From NCBI GenBank assembly GCA_964359735.1, contig CAYHTZ010000004.1, positions 409 to 64,408 on the forward strand: a stretch of 64,000 nucleotides of DNA, read 5' to 3'. Shown here piece after piece: positions 1 to 9,611 of the stretch. The stretch comes from an uncultured Candidatus Saccharibacteria bacterium. GTDB lineage: Bacteria; Patescibacteriota; Andersenbacteria; UBA10190. The position numbers and the translations under genes were made by a program. Under the pieces are notes generated by a model. It was not told the DNA's origin. It did not search any database and saw only the letters and a list, made by a program, of their open reading frames with translations. How positions within the stretch are numbered: position 1 is the stretch's first letter; each line of letters opens with the position of its first letter.

Positions 1-47
1 CTTAAAGGATGTGACTTGATCGCCACACCCGTGCAACAGACGGCTAG

Positions 48-1481
48 TTAGTCCAGGGCGCTTAAGTTTACCGCAAGTTGGTCTTCCCAAATAATTTCTG
101 GATAACTCTTTAGTATCTCCCGGACGTATTTTTTCCGTTGGTCGTAAGTTTCTTGATCTTTGGCTTCGAACTTTACCGTGATGTACGGCCCGTTCTGGGA
201 ATAGCGGAACACCATGGCGCCATCGGGGAAATCAGCGCGGACGCCGTCGTCTCCGGGGATGGTATTATTGTCAGTGATTTCCGCCTTGGGGAAATCCTTT
301 TTAAATTTCTGAGAGAGGTCTTCAATGACGAGAGCTTTCTTGTCATCCGGACAGCCAACCTTGATTTCAGGCGAGGAGATGTATTTTGGGAAGCTGGCGT
401 AGAGCTCGGCCAGCGACGTGTTTTTTTCGGAGAGGTATTCGAGGATGCGCAGGACAGCGTAGCTGCCATCATCGTGCCCATAGGCATTGTCGTTGAAGAA
501 AAAGTGACCAGAGAGCTCACCGCCGAAAGCAGCCTTTTCTTCCGCGATCTTTGCCTTGATGAAGGCGTGCCCTGTTTTCCAAATGATGGGGGTACCGCCA
601 TTTTGCTTGACGACTTCGCGGACCACCTGAGAGCAGAGGGTGTTGTAAATAATTTTTGAACCAGGAAAGCGCTCGAGGATTTCTTGGGCGAATATAGCCA
701 CGAGGACGTCATTCCAGAGCACATTCCCGTTGCCATCAACCACCCCAATGCGATCGCCGTCGCCGTCCATGGCGATACCAATATCGGCTTTTTCTTCTTT
801 CACCCATTCTGAGATTTGCTGCATGACTTCCGCGTCAGTAGGGTCGGGGGTACCGACAGGGAACGTGCCGTCCGGGACGGGGTTTTTCACGACTAAATCG
901 CAGCCCACTCGGTTTAAGATCTCTGTCACATATGGCCCGGTCGTGCCTTGGTGAGGGTCATATACGACTTTGAACCTTTTCTTAATTTGGACGCGCTTTA
1001 AGACATCAGCGAAGTAATCTTCGGTAACGTCACCTTTCGTGATAGTTCCTTTTTCGTCGGACTGAAAATAGTCATCATTTTCCATCATGCGGCGCATTTC
1101 TTGGACCTCCTCGGGGCCGGTGGTTTGCGAGAACCCAGTGGCCATTTTAAAGCCGTTGAAGTTGGCAGGGTTGTGTGAGGCGGTAATCATGACGCCGCCG
1201 TTGGTTTGGAAACGGTACTGGGCGTAATACATCATCTGAGTCATGACTTGGCCGATATCAATGATGTTAATACCCACATTAGTCATGCCTTGCATGAGCG
1301 CTGCTTGATAGGCCGGGCCGCTGGTGCGGACATCTCGGCCCACGACGGCGTGGCGAATTTTACGGCGCCGCAAGAGAGAGCCGTACGCGCGGCCTAAGGC
1401 TGCCACGATTTCCAGACTTAAATCTTTGTCTACGACGCCCCGGATGTCGTAGTTGCGAAACATGAATGGATTTACTTGCAT
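48..1481 (-). CDS. phosphoglucomutase/phosphomannomutase (alpha-D-phosphohexomutase)
   Basis: 477-aa ORF with the TASHNP active-site serine motif and the GIAMDGDGDR metal-binding loop typical of PGM/PMM. Confidence 0.85.
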   Translation of the reverse strand: MQVNPFMFRNYDIRGVVDKDLSLEIVAALGRAYGSLLRRRKIRHAVVGRDVRTSGPAYQAALMQGMTNVGINIIDIGQVMTQMMYYAQYRFQTNGGVMITASHNPANFNGFKMATGFSQTTGPEEVQEMRRMMENDDYFQSDEKGTITKGDVTEDYFADVLKRVQIKKRFKVVYDPHQGTTGPYVTEILNRVGCDLVVKNPVPDGTFPVGTPDPTDAEVMQQISEWVKEEKADIGIAMDGDGDRIGVVDGNGNVLWNDVLVAIFAQEILERFPGSKIIYNTLCSQVVREVVKQNGGTPIIWKTGHAFIKAKIAEEKAAFGGELSGHFFFNDNAYGHDDGSYAVLRILEYLSEKNTSLAELYASFPKYISSPEIKVGCPDDKKALVIEDLSQKFKKDFPKAEITDNNTIPGDDGVRADFPDGAMVFRYSQNGPYITVKFEAKDQETYDQRKKYVREILKSYPEIIWEDQLAVNLSALD

Positions 1482-1496
1482 AGTTGCTTCACCTTA

Positions 1497-2282
1497 TCAC
1501 GGGCTCTCGGCTTTGCGTAGAGCCTGAACGAGGGTTGCATGAATGTGAGGGTTGCTGATCAAGACATCACTTGTGCTCGTAGGATCTTTGAAGTTTGGCT
1601 GCCACAGGTTACCGGCAAAGTCGGTCACTTTCGCGCCGGCGGCTTCTGCAATCATGGCTCCCGCAATGGCGTCGTACAGCTTGCAGTCACTATTGAGGAA
1701 AGCATCGAGGTACCCACAGCCGACGTAGCATGCTTGGATAACGACAGATCCAAAAAGGCGGAGACTGCGTATGTGGGGAGTGAGGCCGCTATACAGATGT
1801 GTGTGCCGGGGGTGATTTACGGATCCGCGGCCCCAGGCGATCAGGCTTTGCTTGGCGTCCGGCGTAGTACTCGGTTGTATGGGCTTGCCGTTCAATGCGG
1901 CTTGGTCCTCACCTACCGTGAAGAGTTCGCCGGTTAATGGTAGGTGTACCGCTGCAGCTAAGGGCTGGTTTTGTTTTACGACAGCAATGGCTGTACAGAA
2001 AATACCTAGGTGGTGAAGGAAGTTAGCACTGCCGTCGAGGGGATCGATAATCCAAAGGTAATCAGACTTACTGGGCGAGGAGCCGGCTTCTTCGGAAAAA
2101 ATGGCGTGGTCGGGAAAGTGTTTCTTAATTATTTTGATAATGATTTTCTCTGCGGCCAGGTCTGCGTCACTCACCAAAGTATTATCAGGTTTCAGCTGAG
2201 CAATATGGGCTTTCTGGTACTCTTCCTGCAGCACTTCCCCGGCGGCTTTGGCGGCTTCGATGGCAACGTCTAGTTCTTTCAT
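1497..2282 (-). CDS. inositol monophosphatase family protein (SuhB/IMPase-like)
   Basis: WIIDPLDGSANF motif. The ORF track runs to 2351, but the likely start is the internal Met (MKELDVAIEAAKAAG), whose ATG is complemented at 2280-2282 just before the trpS stop. Confidence 0.75.
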   Translation of the reverse strand: MKELDVAIEAAKAAGEVLQEEYQKAHIAQLKPDNTLVSDADLAAEKIIIKIIKKHFPDHAIFSEEAGSSPSKSDYLWIIDPLDGSANFLHHLGIFCTAIAVVKQNQPLAAAVHLPLTGELFTVGEDQAALNGKPIQPSTTPDAKQSLIAWGRGSVNHPRHTHLYSGLTPHIRSLRLFGSVVIQACYVGCGYLDAFLNSDCKLYDAIAGAMIAEAAGAKVTDFAGNLWQPNFKDPTSTSDVLISNPHIHATLVQALRKAESP

Positions 2283-2283
2283 A

Positions 2284-3288
2284 CTAAACCTGCCTGCCGG
2301 CAGGCAGGCCCATCTTTTCCTTAGCATCTCGCAAAGTTTTATTGGCCACAATGGCGGCTTTGGCGCGGCCAGCTTCTAAAGTATCTCGCAAGTGTTTCTC
2401 GTCTTGGCGCAGTTCGGTATATTGCTCGCGGATAGGGGTGAGCTTTTCGACTAAGAGTTCCGCCAAAGCCTCTTTGAGTTCTTTGTAGCCCTTGCCCGAG
2501 AATTTTTTCTCGATGCCGGCAGGGGACTCATCGCTAAAAGCTTGATAGATGCGCAGCAAGTTTTTTACTGCGGGGCCACTCCTCTCAAAAGAAAATATGG
2601 GCTCTGTCTCGGTAGTGGCGCTCATGACTTTCTTGCGAATGGCATCGGGCTCATCCGTAATAGCCACGTACGTTTTTTCCCCGTCGCTCTTGCTCATTTT
2701 GCGTGTGGGATCGGCGAGGGACATAACGCGGGCGGCGTAGCTGCTCGCGAAGTAGCCGGGGAGGGTAAATGTTTCCCCAAAGCGATTGTTGAAACGCTGC
2801 GCGAGATCGCGCGTGAGCTCGACATGCTGTTTCTGGTCATCACCTACAGGTACCAAATGTGCGTGGTAGAGGAGAATATCGGCAGCCATGAGGACGGGGT
2901 AGGCGAAGATGCCGAAGGAGACGCTCTCTTTCTTAGCGGATTTATCTTTGAACTGTGTCATGCGGGTGAGCTCGCCGTATTGGGTGATGGTGGACAACAG
3001 CCAGGCGAGTTCAGTGTGGGCAGGAATGTGGGATTGTACAAAGAGAGTGGATTTCTTTGGGTCTACGCCGGCAGCCAGGTAAATGGCGGCGGCATTAAGA
3101 GTTCGGTCAGGAAGTTCCTTCGGGTCGTATTCCACGGTGATGGCGTGCTCATCCACAATGCAGTAGTAGGCAGTGTTGTTTTCTTGCAGTGCTACCCACT
3201 GCTTGAGCGCCCCTAAATAATTGCCGATGTGCAATGTGCCCGACGGCTGAATACCCGATAAAATTGTTTTACCGCTAGGGGTTTCCAT
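2284..3288 (-). CDS. trpS: tryptophan--tRNA ligase
   Basis: HIGNYLGA (HIGH-like) and KMSKS motifs; a class I aaRS of TrpRS length (334 aa). Confidence 0.9.
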   Translation of the reverse strand: METPSGKTILSGIQPSGTLHIGNYLGALKQWVALQENNTAYYCIVDEHAITVEYDPKELPDRTLNAAAIYLAAGVDPKKSTLFVQSHIPAHTELAWLLSTITQYGELTRMTQFKDKSAKKESVSFGIFAYPVLMAADILLYHAHLVPVGDDQKQHVELTRDLAQRFNNRFGETFTLPGYFASSYAARVMSLADPTRKMSKSDGEKTYVAITDEPDAIRKKVMSATTETEPIFSFERSGPAVKNLLRIYQAFSDESPAGIEKKFSGKGYKELKEALAELLVEKLTPIREQYTELRQDEKHLRDTLEAGRAKAAIVANKTLRDAKEKMGLPAGRQV

Positions 3289-3309
3289 GTATCTACCCTA
3301 GCGTTTTGC

Positions 3310-5289
3310 TTACACTTCGACAATAACGGGCAGCACCATGGGGCGACGCTCGGTGCGCTGGAAGAGGAACTGGCCGACGCTGTCACGCAAATTGTTCTTC
3401 ATCATGGACCAGTTGGGCTCGCCACGTCCGCGACCGGATTGTTTCTCAATAATCTGGCGGATTTTTTGCTGCGTATCTTTCACGAGTGCTTTTTGGTCTT
3501 TCATATAGACAAACCCGCGAGAGATCATATCTGGTTCGCCAATCACACGGCCGCTGCGGCCGTCCACCGTGGCGATCACGACGACCATACCGTCGGAGGC
3601 CAGGATTTGCCGATCGCGCAGGACCACGTTGCCAATATCACCCACGCCGAGGCCGTCTACCATCACATACTTAATTTCATACTTTTCACCGGAGAGGCGA
3701 ACCTTTTCCGGTGTGATTTCAACTACTTCCCCGTTTTGGGGGAGGAGAATACGGTTACGGTCCATGCCGTGCTGTACGGCGAGCTTAGCGTGTTCCGCAC
3801 GATGGCTGAAGTGCCCATGGGCGGGGACTAAGTACTTGGGCTGGGTAAGCTCGATCATGTGCATTAAATCGTCGCGATGGCCGTGGCCTCCGGAGTGAAT
3901 ATCCATCATTTTGTAGTGGTACACTTCGGCGCCTTGCTGGTAGATTTTGTCTTTGACGAGCTGCACTGACTGTTCGTTGCCGGGAATAACGGAAGAAGAA
4001 AAGATCACAACATCACCTGCCTGAAGTTCAAGTGTACGATGCTCGTTATTCACGAGGCGCATCAAGACAGCGTTATCTTCCCCTTGGGCACCGGTGCAGA
4101 GAACTACCACTTTGCCAGGGGGGAGTTTGTTGCTTTCCTCAGAAGTAATCATGGTTTCTTTACGGAAATCCATGAAGCCAATTTCTTTGGCGATTTCGAT
4201 GTTCGTTTTCATGGAGAAGCCTTCGATGGCCACTTTACGGCCGTGGCGCTCGGCCACGGAGATCATTTGCTGCAAGCGGTCGATCATGGAAGAGAAGGTA
4301 GCCGCAATGATGCGTTGATTGGGGTGAGCAGCGAAAAGTTTGTCCAGGTTATTTTCAACAACAGATTCGGAGATAGAGTGGCCTTCGCGTTCGGAGCCGG
4401 TGGAATCGGCGTACAGAACACTGACGCCTTGTTTGCCGATTTGTTGCAAGTGCTCCTCGTCGGCGGGATGGTCGTTGACAGGGTGGTTATCGAATTTAAA
4501 ATCACCAGTAAAGGCGATGGAGCCGGCCGGCGAGCGGATTACCACACCAAAAGAGTTAGGCACGGAGTGGTTCACATGGAATGTTTCTACTTCGAGCTCT
4601 CCTAGGCGGAATTTTTCTTTGGTCTTCACTATGTTTACTTTGGGCTTGGCGTATTGCGGAAATTCTGCTTGGCGTTTTTGAACGAGCATCATGGTGAACT
4701 GGGAACCGTAAATAGGAGGGTTGCCGAGTTTCGGCAGTAAGTGAGGTACGCCACCGAAGTGGTCGTAGTGGGCGTGGGTAATAATGACGCCTTTAATGTT
4801 TTTTTCCTTGCCGGCGAGCGGACTGATATCGGGGATAACGTAATCGATGCCGTACATGTTCTCGTTGGGGAACATAAGGCCAAGGTCGACGACCACAATG
4901 TCATTCTTGTATTCCACGGCGGCGGCATTGCGGCCGATTTCTTCCAGCCCGCCCAAGGGAATTAAATACATGGCATCGGGGTTGCGGGGAGGCTGCTTTA
5001 AGGAAGGCACATCCAGCGGCCGGGTAGAACCGAAGGGAGTGCCGGTTGCTCGGCCCCGCCCGCGTCCAGGACCGCGGCCACCACGCCCGCGTCCGCCGCT
5101 GGGGCGGCCACTACTGCGGCCGCGCGGAGGACGACTGGCCGGCTGCGGACTTTGAGGCTTCGCAGCAGCATGACCGGGTGATGCTTGTCTGCGGGTACCG
5201 GAAACAGTGGGCTTACGAATAGGGGGAGGCGGAGGAGGCCCCGCCTTCGCCAAGGCTACGGCGGGCAGGGGCGGCTTCTGATCAGTCAT
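3310..5289 (-). CDS. rnj: ribonuclease J (metallo-beta-lactamase/beta-CASP) with an N-terminal Pro/Arg/Gly-rich disordered extension
   Basis: THAHYDHFGG beta-lactamase motif and a beta-CASP region. The first ~100 aa are low-complexity (PPPPPP, then RGRSSGRPSGGRGRGGRGPGRGRGR). Confidence 0.85.
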   Translation of the reverse strand: MTDQKPPLPAVALAKAGPPPPPPIRKPTVSGTRRQASPGHAAAKPQSPQPASRPPRGRSSGRPSGGRGRGGRGPGRGRGRATGTPFGSTRPLDVPSLKQPPRNPDAMYLIPLGGLEEIGRNAAAVEYKNDIVVVDLGLMFPNENMYGIDYVIPDISPLAGKEKNIKGVIITHAHYDHFGGVPHLLPKLGNPPIYGSQFTMMLVQKRQAEFPQYAKPKVNIVKTKEKFRLGELEVETFHVNHSVPNSFGVVIRSPAGSIAFTGDFKFDNHPVNDHPADEEHLQQIGKQGVSVLYADSTGSEREGHSISESVVENNLDKLFAAHPNQRIIAATFSSMIDRLQQMISVAERHGRKVAIEGFSMKTNIEIAKEIGFMDFRKETMITSEESNKLPPGKVVVLCTGAQGEDNAVLMRLVNNEHRTLELQAGDVVIFSSSVIPGNEQSVQLVKDKIYQQGAEVYHYKMMDIHSGGHGHRDDLMHMIELTQPKYLVPAHGHFSHRAEHAKLAVQHGMDRNRILLPQNGEVVEITPEKVRLSGEKYEIKYVMVDGLGVGDIGNVVLRDRQILASDGMVVVIATVDGRSGRVIGEPDMISRGFVYMKDQKALVKDTQQKIRQIIEKQSGRGRGEPNWSMMKNNLRDSVGQFLFQRTERRPMVLPVIVEV

Positions 5290-5549
5290 AACTATTCAAT
5301 TGTGTTGAAACTTAGGATATTAAACTTGAATTATCAGGCGCGACAGAAGGGAAAGGTAACGCAAAGTTCGTCACGAACCACTCTGTTGTAAAATCCGGAA
5401 GGGACTGCGCTGAGTTAATCTCCTAGGATTATAGCAAGTTGGCAAAAAATGTCAAATTTCTCTACGATATGGGCGATGGGGACCCCGCACCAGAAGCTCG
5501 CTTCGATACGGGGCAGGTGTGGTGGAATTAGGGTCCCGGTAGGGTGCAT

Positions 5550-5632
5550 GGGGACGTGGCGGAACTGGTAGACGCGCACGCTTCAGGAGCGTGTGAGTAA
5601 CCCTCGTGAGAGTTCGATTCTCTCCGTCCCCA
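5550..5632 (+). tRNA. tRNA-Leu (anticodon CAG), type II with a long variable arm
   Basis: Cloverleaf read by hand: acceptor GGGGACG/CGTCCCC, anticodon stem CACGC/GCGTG, loop TTCAGGA, T-loop TTCGATT. The layout closely matches E. coli tRNA-Leu(CAG). CCA is not encoded. Confidence 0.85.
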
Positions 5633-5635
5633 CAT

Positions 5636-7129
5636 ATGAGTTATTATCGCAATCTGCGGTTCACCAAGAAAGGCCGGTGGGCTACCTATCCAGCGGACGC
5701 AGAGTTGTGGCATACGGACCATACGTCGCGCTACTTTGAAGACCATTTTGGGCTGTGGAGAGAAATATTAGCGGTCTGTATTGTCGGCAAAGAAAAAGAG
5801 GAAGAGCAGCACATGTATGTGCCGGAGTCTTTTGTAGAGAAGTTGCATGCACGGATCCAAGAGCTGACTGCCCAAGACCCCAAGGGTATGGAGAAATTGT
5901 TTATCCCATTCTACGCCAGTAAAGAGGCAGCCAAGAGAGAAATTCCTCAGATCAACCCGCCTGACCTCTCGAAAGTTTCAGGTGGGGAGCTAGCTGATAT
6001 CTATCTCGAGAACCGCGATCAAGCTCACCGCATTGTGATTTACGATCAGTTCACGTGGCTGGCGGAGGATTATTGGCCGCCTCTCATGGATGAGGTGCTG
6101 GTGGGGAAAATGAAACTTACAAAAGACTCGGAGGAGTACAATACAGTCCTTTTTGCGTTGATTAAGCCACGTGAAATATCAACCACACTAGAGGAAAAAC
6201 GCGAACTCATTGAAGAGACTCTCAAGATCCAGCAAGGGGCACGGACGGTCGAGGTGGCCGCCGAGCGCTTAGCCCACGATTTCGGCTGGATGCCGGTGCT
6301 TGCCTTTGGTGTGCCTTGGAACGCCGAGAGGTATGAGAGTGAGCTCAAAGACACCCTCACGCGGGAGACGAGCGCGCTTGAGAGAGAGCTAGCAGAACTT
6401 AAGAATTATACACAGATTCGCGACCGGGATATCGTAGGGATTGTGAAGAAATACGACATCAGCCCAGAAGACTTGCAGGTGTTTGTTGATTTTGGCTTGG
6501 CCATTGATACCCGGAATGAAGCGGAATACGTAGCATCCGTGGCTGGGTTCTACCTCTTGCCTATCTACGACGAGATGGTGAAGAGGTTCAAGATTTCCAT
6601 CAATGAGCTGAGAACACTGCTTGAGGATGAGATGGTGGCGTGTCTGCGGGGCGAGGCGGACCCTCGCGCAGTTCTCAAAAGTAAAGGGCGCATCATAGCC
6701 TGGGGGCTCGATGGGGAGAAGAAAGAGCGAGTTAATTTCTCGCCTGGGGAAGGCGAAGAAGTGTTTACGTATGTGGAATCTCAACAAAAGGCCGGTAAGG
6801 CTCAGGCTACGTATCTGACGCGAGGGATTACTGCCAATAAAGGCAAGGCGCGGGGCAAAGCGCGGCTTGTTCCCAACCCGAGTGATAACCACAAGGTAAA
6901 ACAGGGAGACATATTGATCGCGTATTCAACGATGGTGGATAACCTGCCGGCCATGAAAAACGCTTCGGCGATTGTGACCGAATCAGGCGGGATCACGTGT
7001 CATGCTGCCGTAGTATCGCGGGAATTTGGCATTCCCTGCATCGTGAGCATGAAAAATGCCATGAGCGATTTTAAGGATGGGGAAATGGTAGAGGTGGATG
7101 CGGACGCGGGGCTTGTGCGCCGGGTATGA
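5636..7129 (+). CDS. PEP-utilizing-enzyme mobile (phospho-His swivel) domain protein with a novel helical N-terminal domain
   Basis: The C-terminal ~100 aa carry GGITCHAAVVSREFGIPCIV (catalytic His in TCHAA). The N-terminal ~400 aa has no ATP-grasp glycine loops. The ORF-track start at 5606 overlaps the tRNA, so the first ATG after the tRNA (5636) is used. It is a paralog of 23742..25190. Confidence 0.7.
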   Translation: MSYYRNLRFTKKGRWATYPADAELWHTDHTSRYFEDHFGLWREILAVCIVGKEKEEEQHMYVPESFVEKLHARIQELTAQDPKGMEKLFIPFYASKEAAKREIPQINPPDLSKVSGGELADIYLENRDQAHRIVIYDQFTWLAEDYWPPLMDEVLVGKMKLTKDSEEYNTVLFALIKPREISTTLEEKRELIEETLKIQQGARTVEVAAERLAHDFGWMPVLAFGVPWNAERYESELKDTLTRETSALERELAELKNYTQIRDRDIVGIVKKYDISPEDLQVFVDFGLAIDTRNEAEYVASVAGFYLLPIYDEMVKRFKISINELRTLLEDEMVACLRGEADPRAVLKSKGRIIAWGLDGEKKERVNFSPGEGEEVFTYVESQQKAGKAQATYLTRGITANKGKARGKARLVPNPSDNHKVKQGDILIAYSTMVDNLPAMKNASAIVTESGGITCHAAVVSREFGIPCIVSMKNAMSDFKDGEMVEVDADAGLVRRV

Positions 7130-7380
7130 GCGAAGATTGGAAAGAGGTCGATGGCAAGCTCAGGGCCATGTTTGAATTCCCTGATTTCGCCGCGGCAATG
7201 GTGTTTGTGAACAAGGTGGCAGCGGCTGCAGAGAAAGCCAATCACCACCCGGATATTCTCATTCACTACAATAAGGTAGGCATGGAACTCTGGACCCATT
7301 CGGAGGGGAAAGTCACAGACAAAGACCGCCAGCTCGCCGAGAAAATTTCTCAATTGTTTACCGTGGGTCGTCGAGGGTGA
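7126..7380 (+). CDS. pterin-4a-carbinolamine dehydratase (PCD/DCoH)
   Basis: 84 aa with the E-x-HHPD signature (AEKANHHPDILIHY). It is translationally coupled (ATGA overlap) to the upstream PEP-utilizer gene. Confidence 0.85.
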   Translation: MSEDWKEVDGKLRAMFEFPDFAAAMVFVNKVAAAAEKANHHPDILIHYNKVGMELWTHSEGKVTDKDRQLAEKISQLFTVGRRG

Positions 7381-8092
7381 CGTGTTGGTTATGAAAGTGG
7401 TACACGTTTAGGAGACGAACGTAGCTGAAAATTCCTTTGAAAAGACCGTGGTGCGCAAAGCGGCGGCCAGAAGCAACGACGGGCGTGTCTGTAATCATTT
7501 TGATGCGACCGTGGGCTTTGACTCTCAGCGCAAGCTCGGCATCTTCAAATGCAGTTAGCTTGTGATCGAACCCTCCGCTGACTTGGTACACCTCTTTACG
7601 GATGGCGAAATTTGAACCGGTGAGCCAGGGGGTGCCGTAGACGCGGGCAAACGCGCGCATAGCGACCGATTGGATAGTATTAATGGTAGAGTTTCCGAGC
7701 TGGCTTAGATCGCGAACTTGGCACGTGCCGCTGACTGCGGCAAAAGACTTGTCGGAAAGATGGGCGAGGAGGGATGAGAGCCAGTGGGGAGGAATGATGA
7801 CGTCGGCGTCTGTCGAAAATACAATGCCGCCTTGTGCATGGTCAAAGCCGGCGGCGCGCGCGGCACCGCGGCCTTTGTGTGGCTCATCTACCACAACCAG
7901 GTTGAGCTTGCCTTGGTACTGCTGCGCGACTTCGCGGGTACGGTCGGTAGAGGCGTTATTCACTACGATTACTTCAAAAGGATCTGAGGTAATTTGCTTC
8001 GTGAGCGACTCGAGTGTTGCGCCCAACATTTCCTCCTCGTTGTAGGCAGGAATAACAACTGAGGTAGAGACGTGGTTAGATATCGCCGGCAA
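7358..8092 (-). CDS. glycosyltransferase family 2
   Basis: VVIPAYNEE...VIVVNNASTDRT N-terminal GT-A signature. Confidence 0.8.
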   Translation of the reverse strand: MPAISNHVSTSVVIPAYNEEEMLGATLESLTKQITSDPFEVIVVNNASTDRTREVAQQYQGKLNLVVVDEPHKGRGAARAAGFDHAQGGIVFSTDADVIIPPHWLSSLLAHLSDKSFAAVSGTCQVRDLSQLGNSTINTIQSVAMRAFARVYGTPWLTGSNFAIRKEVYQVSGGFDHKLTAFEDAELALRVKAHGRIKMITDTPVVASGRRFAHHGLFKGIFSYVRLLNVYHFHNQHVTLDDPR

Positions 8093-9098
8093 CCTCTTTG
8101 AGCTTAGCCTTGAGGGATTCCACTCCTTCTACGGGAACTGGGTCAATACCATACTCGAGGGCGAGGAAGTACGTTGTCCAGAGGCCGAGTGTCACTGTAT
8201 ACATAAGTTTTTCGAGAAGGGTTGTGCCTTCAACATTCACGTGTTCCACGGTAACGCCCCAATCGCGATAGAGTCCCGTAGTGACTTCTATGCGAGCGCG
8301 GTTTCTGGGGTGATCATCTTTGTCTCGCAGGGTGAGGACGAAAAACTGGTTCGGGTTTTTCATTTCTTTGAGCTTGCTGAACCCAAGCATTTCGTTGTGG
8401 TTCATTTCGGGGAATGTATTCCAGAACGCAGGGTACTTGGCATTCTCATTGGTTTGGATTTTGAAGTTCTTTGTGGCAAAGCCAAGCGCGTCGGTAGAAA
8501 GGTACACAGCAGTTTTGCCTTTGATTTTTTGGGCCAGCTCTTTGCCGGGGGCTTCGAGGAGTGGAGCCTTCTCGATTAAGACCTTTTCGACGCGGCGTAA
8601 GTCTTCATCAATGTTTTCGACGAGCCCGCTGTTACGCAACGCCGCATAAATGCCAGCGAAAGCTGCGAATAATGTGTGGCGCGGTTGCATGTCGGTATAG
8701 TCAATTTTAATGAACGGGGTGCCGTCGCGCTGGGCCAATTCTTGTAACTTCCCCCCCGAGGCGCTCACCAGGAGCGGCCGGCTTTCGCGCTGGGCCAAGG
8801 CATAGCCAGTGAGAGGCTCTTCGGTGTTCCCCGAGTAAGAGCTCGCGATAACGAGGGGCTTCACCAGCCCCATGTGGGCAAGATAGGTAGTGGGGAGGTC
8901 GTAATTGCGGTGAACGTAGAGAGGGACATTGCTGATGCCTAACGCGTTGAGGAGGTCTCCGGGATGGCCGGAGCCGCCCATACCGGCCAACACAATGGAA
9001 TCAACTTTCCCTTCGACTTTGACGTCCTTATTTACCTCCAGCGAGTGTCCAATTTGCTGAGGGGAGGCCAGAATGACCTCGCGCATATCTTGTGGCAT
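8076..9098 (-). CDS. bifunctional phosphoglucose/phosphomannose isomerase (SIS domain)
   Basis: VLAGMGGSGHPGDL SIS-domain motif, and the length and layout of archaeal-type PGI/PMI. Confidence 0.7.
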   Translation of the reverse strand: MPQDMREVILASPQQIGHSLEVNKDVKVEGKVDSIVLAGMGGSGHPGDLLNALGISNVPLYVHRNYDLPTTYLAHMGLVKPLVIASSYSGNTEEPLTGYALAQRESRPLLVSASGGKLQELAQRDGTPFIKIDYTDMQPRHTLFAAFAGIYAALRNSGLVENIDEDLRRVEKVLIEKAPLLEAPGKELAQKIKGKTAVYLSTDALGFATKNFKIQTNENAKYPAFWNTFPEMNHNEMLGFSKLKEMKNPNQFFVLTLRDKDDHPRNRARIEVTTGLYRDWGVTVEHVNVEGTTLLEKLMYTVTLGLWTTYFLALEYGIDPVPVEGVESLKAKLKEVAGDI

Positions 9099-9143
9099 AG
9101 GGCAAGTGTAGGAAGTTATCTCACGCGAGACAAGCCGTGTCCT

Positions 9144-9554
9144 CTACTTTTTGGGGCATTGTCGGAACTGCCAGCCACAGTGGCCATCGGGGAAACGTAC
9201 ACATGCTGGGCCGCCAATTGTTCCGTCGGCGCAGTAAAAGTTAGGCGCTCCTGGAAACGGCCGAGGACACTCCGTCTGCAGATTGCATGGCTTCCCCGTG
9301 ATTGCGGTGGGCGCGGGTGGGGTACTAGGTTGAGGTGTGATCGTGGGATAGGTAAAGAGATTAATGAAGGTGCGAGGGACAGGAACAGCGCTGAACGTAG
9401 CGGGGCGGGGGAGCCAATTCATGACGAAATTAATAAATGTTTTGGGGGCGGGGACGTTGTAGAATGGCTGGCTTTGGGCTGCAAGAGCAGGTACAGCGAG
9501 GGTACTCGCGGCCAGCGCGAGCGAAAAAATCAGAAAACTTTTGGGAGATGTCAT
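9144..9554 (-). CDS. small secreted Cys-rich protein with an internal tandem repeat
   Basis: N-terminal signal peptide (LIFSLALAASTLAVPALAAQS). Imperfect repeat PAPKTFINFVMNWLPRPATF / PVPRTFINLFTYPTITP. Six Cys in the last 45 aa. Confidence 0.45.
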   Translation of the reverse strand: MTSPKSFLIFSLALAASTLAVPALAAQSQPFYNVPAPKTFINFVMNWLPRPATFSAVPVPRTFINLFTYPTITPQPSTPPAPTAITGKPCNLQTECPRPFPGAPNFYCADGTIGGPACVRFPDGHCGWQFRQCPKK

Positions 9555-9611
9555 ATTGATACGCGCTGTAGTTTACATCGAAAATCCTTCGCAGTCAAGG
9601 GTTACAGATTT

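Noticed and set aside
138-781. Overlapping plus and minus ORFs inside the phosphohexomutase gene
   Set aside because: They lie within a clearly conserved enzyme gene and have no independent support.
3289-3309. Possible T-box or leader upstream of trpS
   Set aside because: Only about 20 nt separate trpS from the upstream RNase J gene, so there is no room for a T-box; the genes are simply tightly packed.
5606-5635. ORF-track start of the PEP-utilizer gene overlapping tRNA-Leu
   Set aside because: Those codons lie inside the tRNA. The first ATG after the tRNA 3' end (5636) also gives the best alignment with the paralog.
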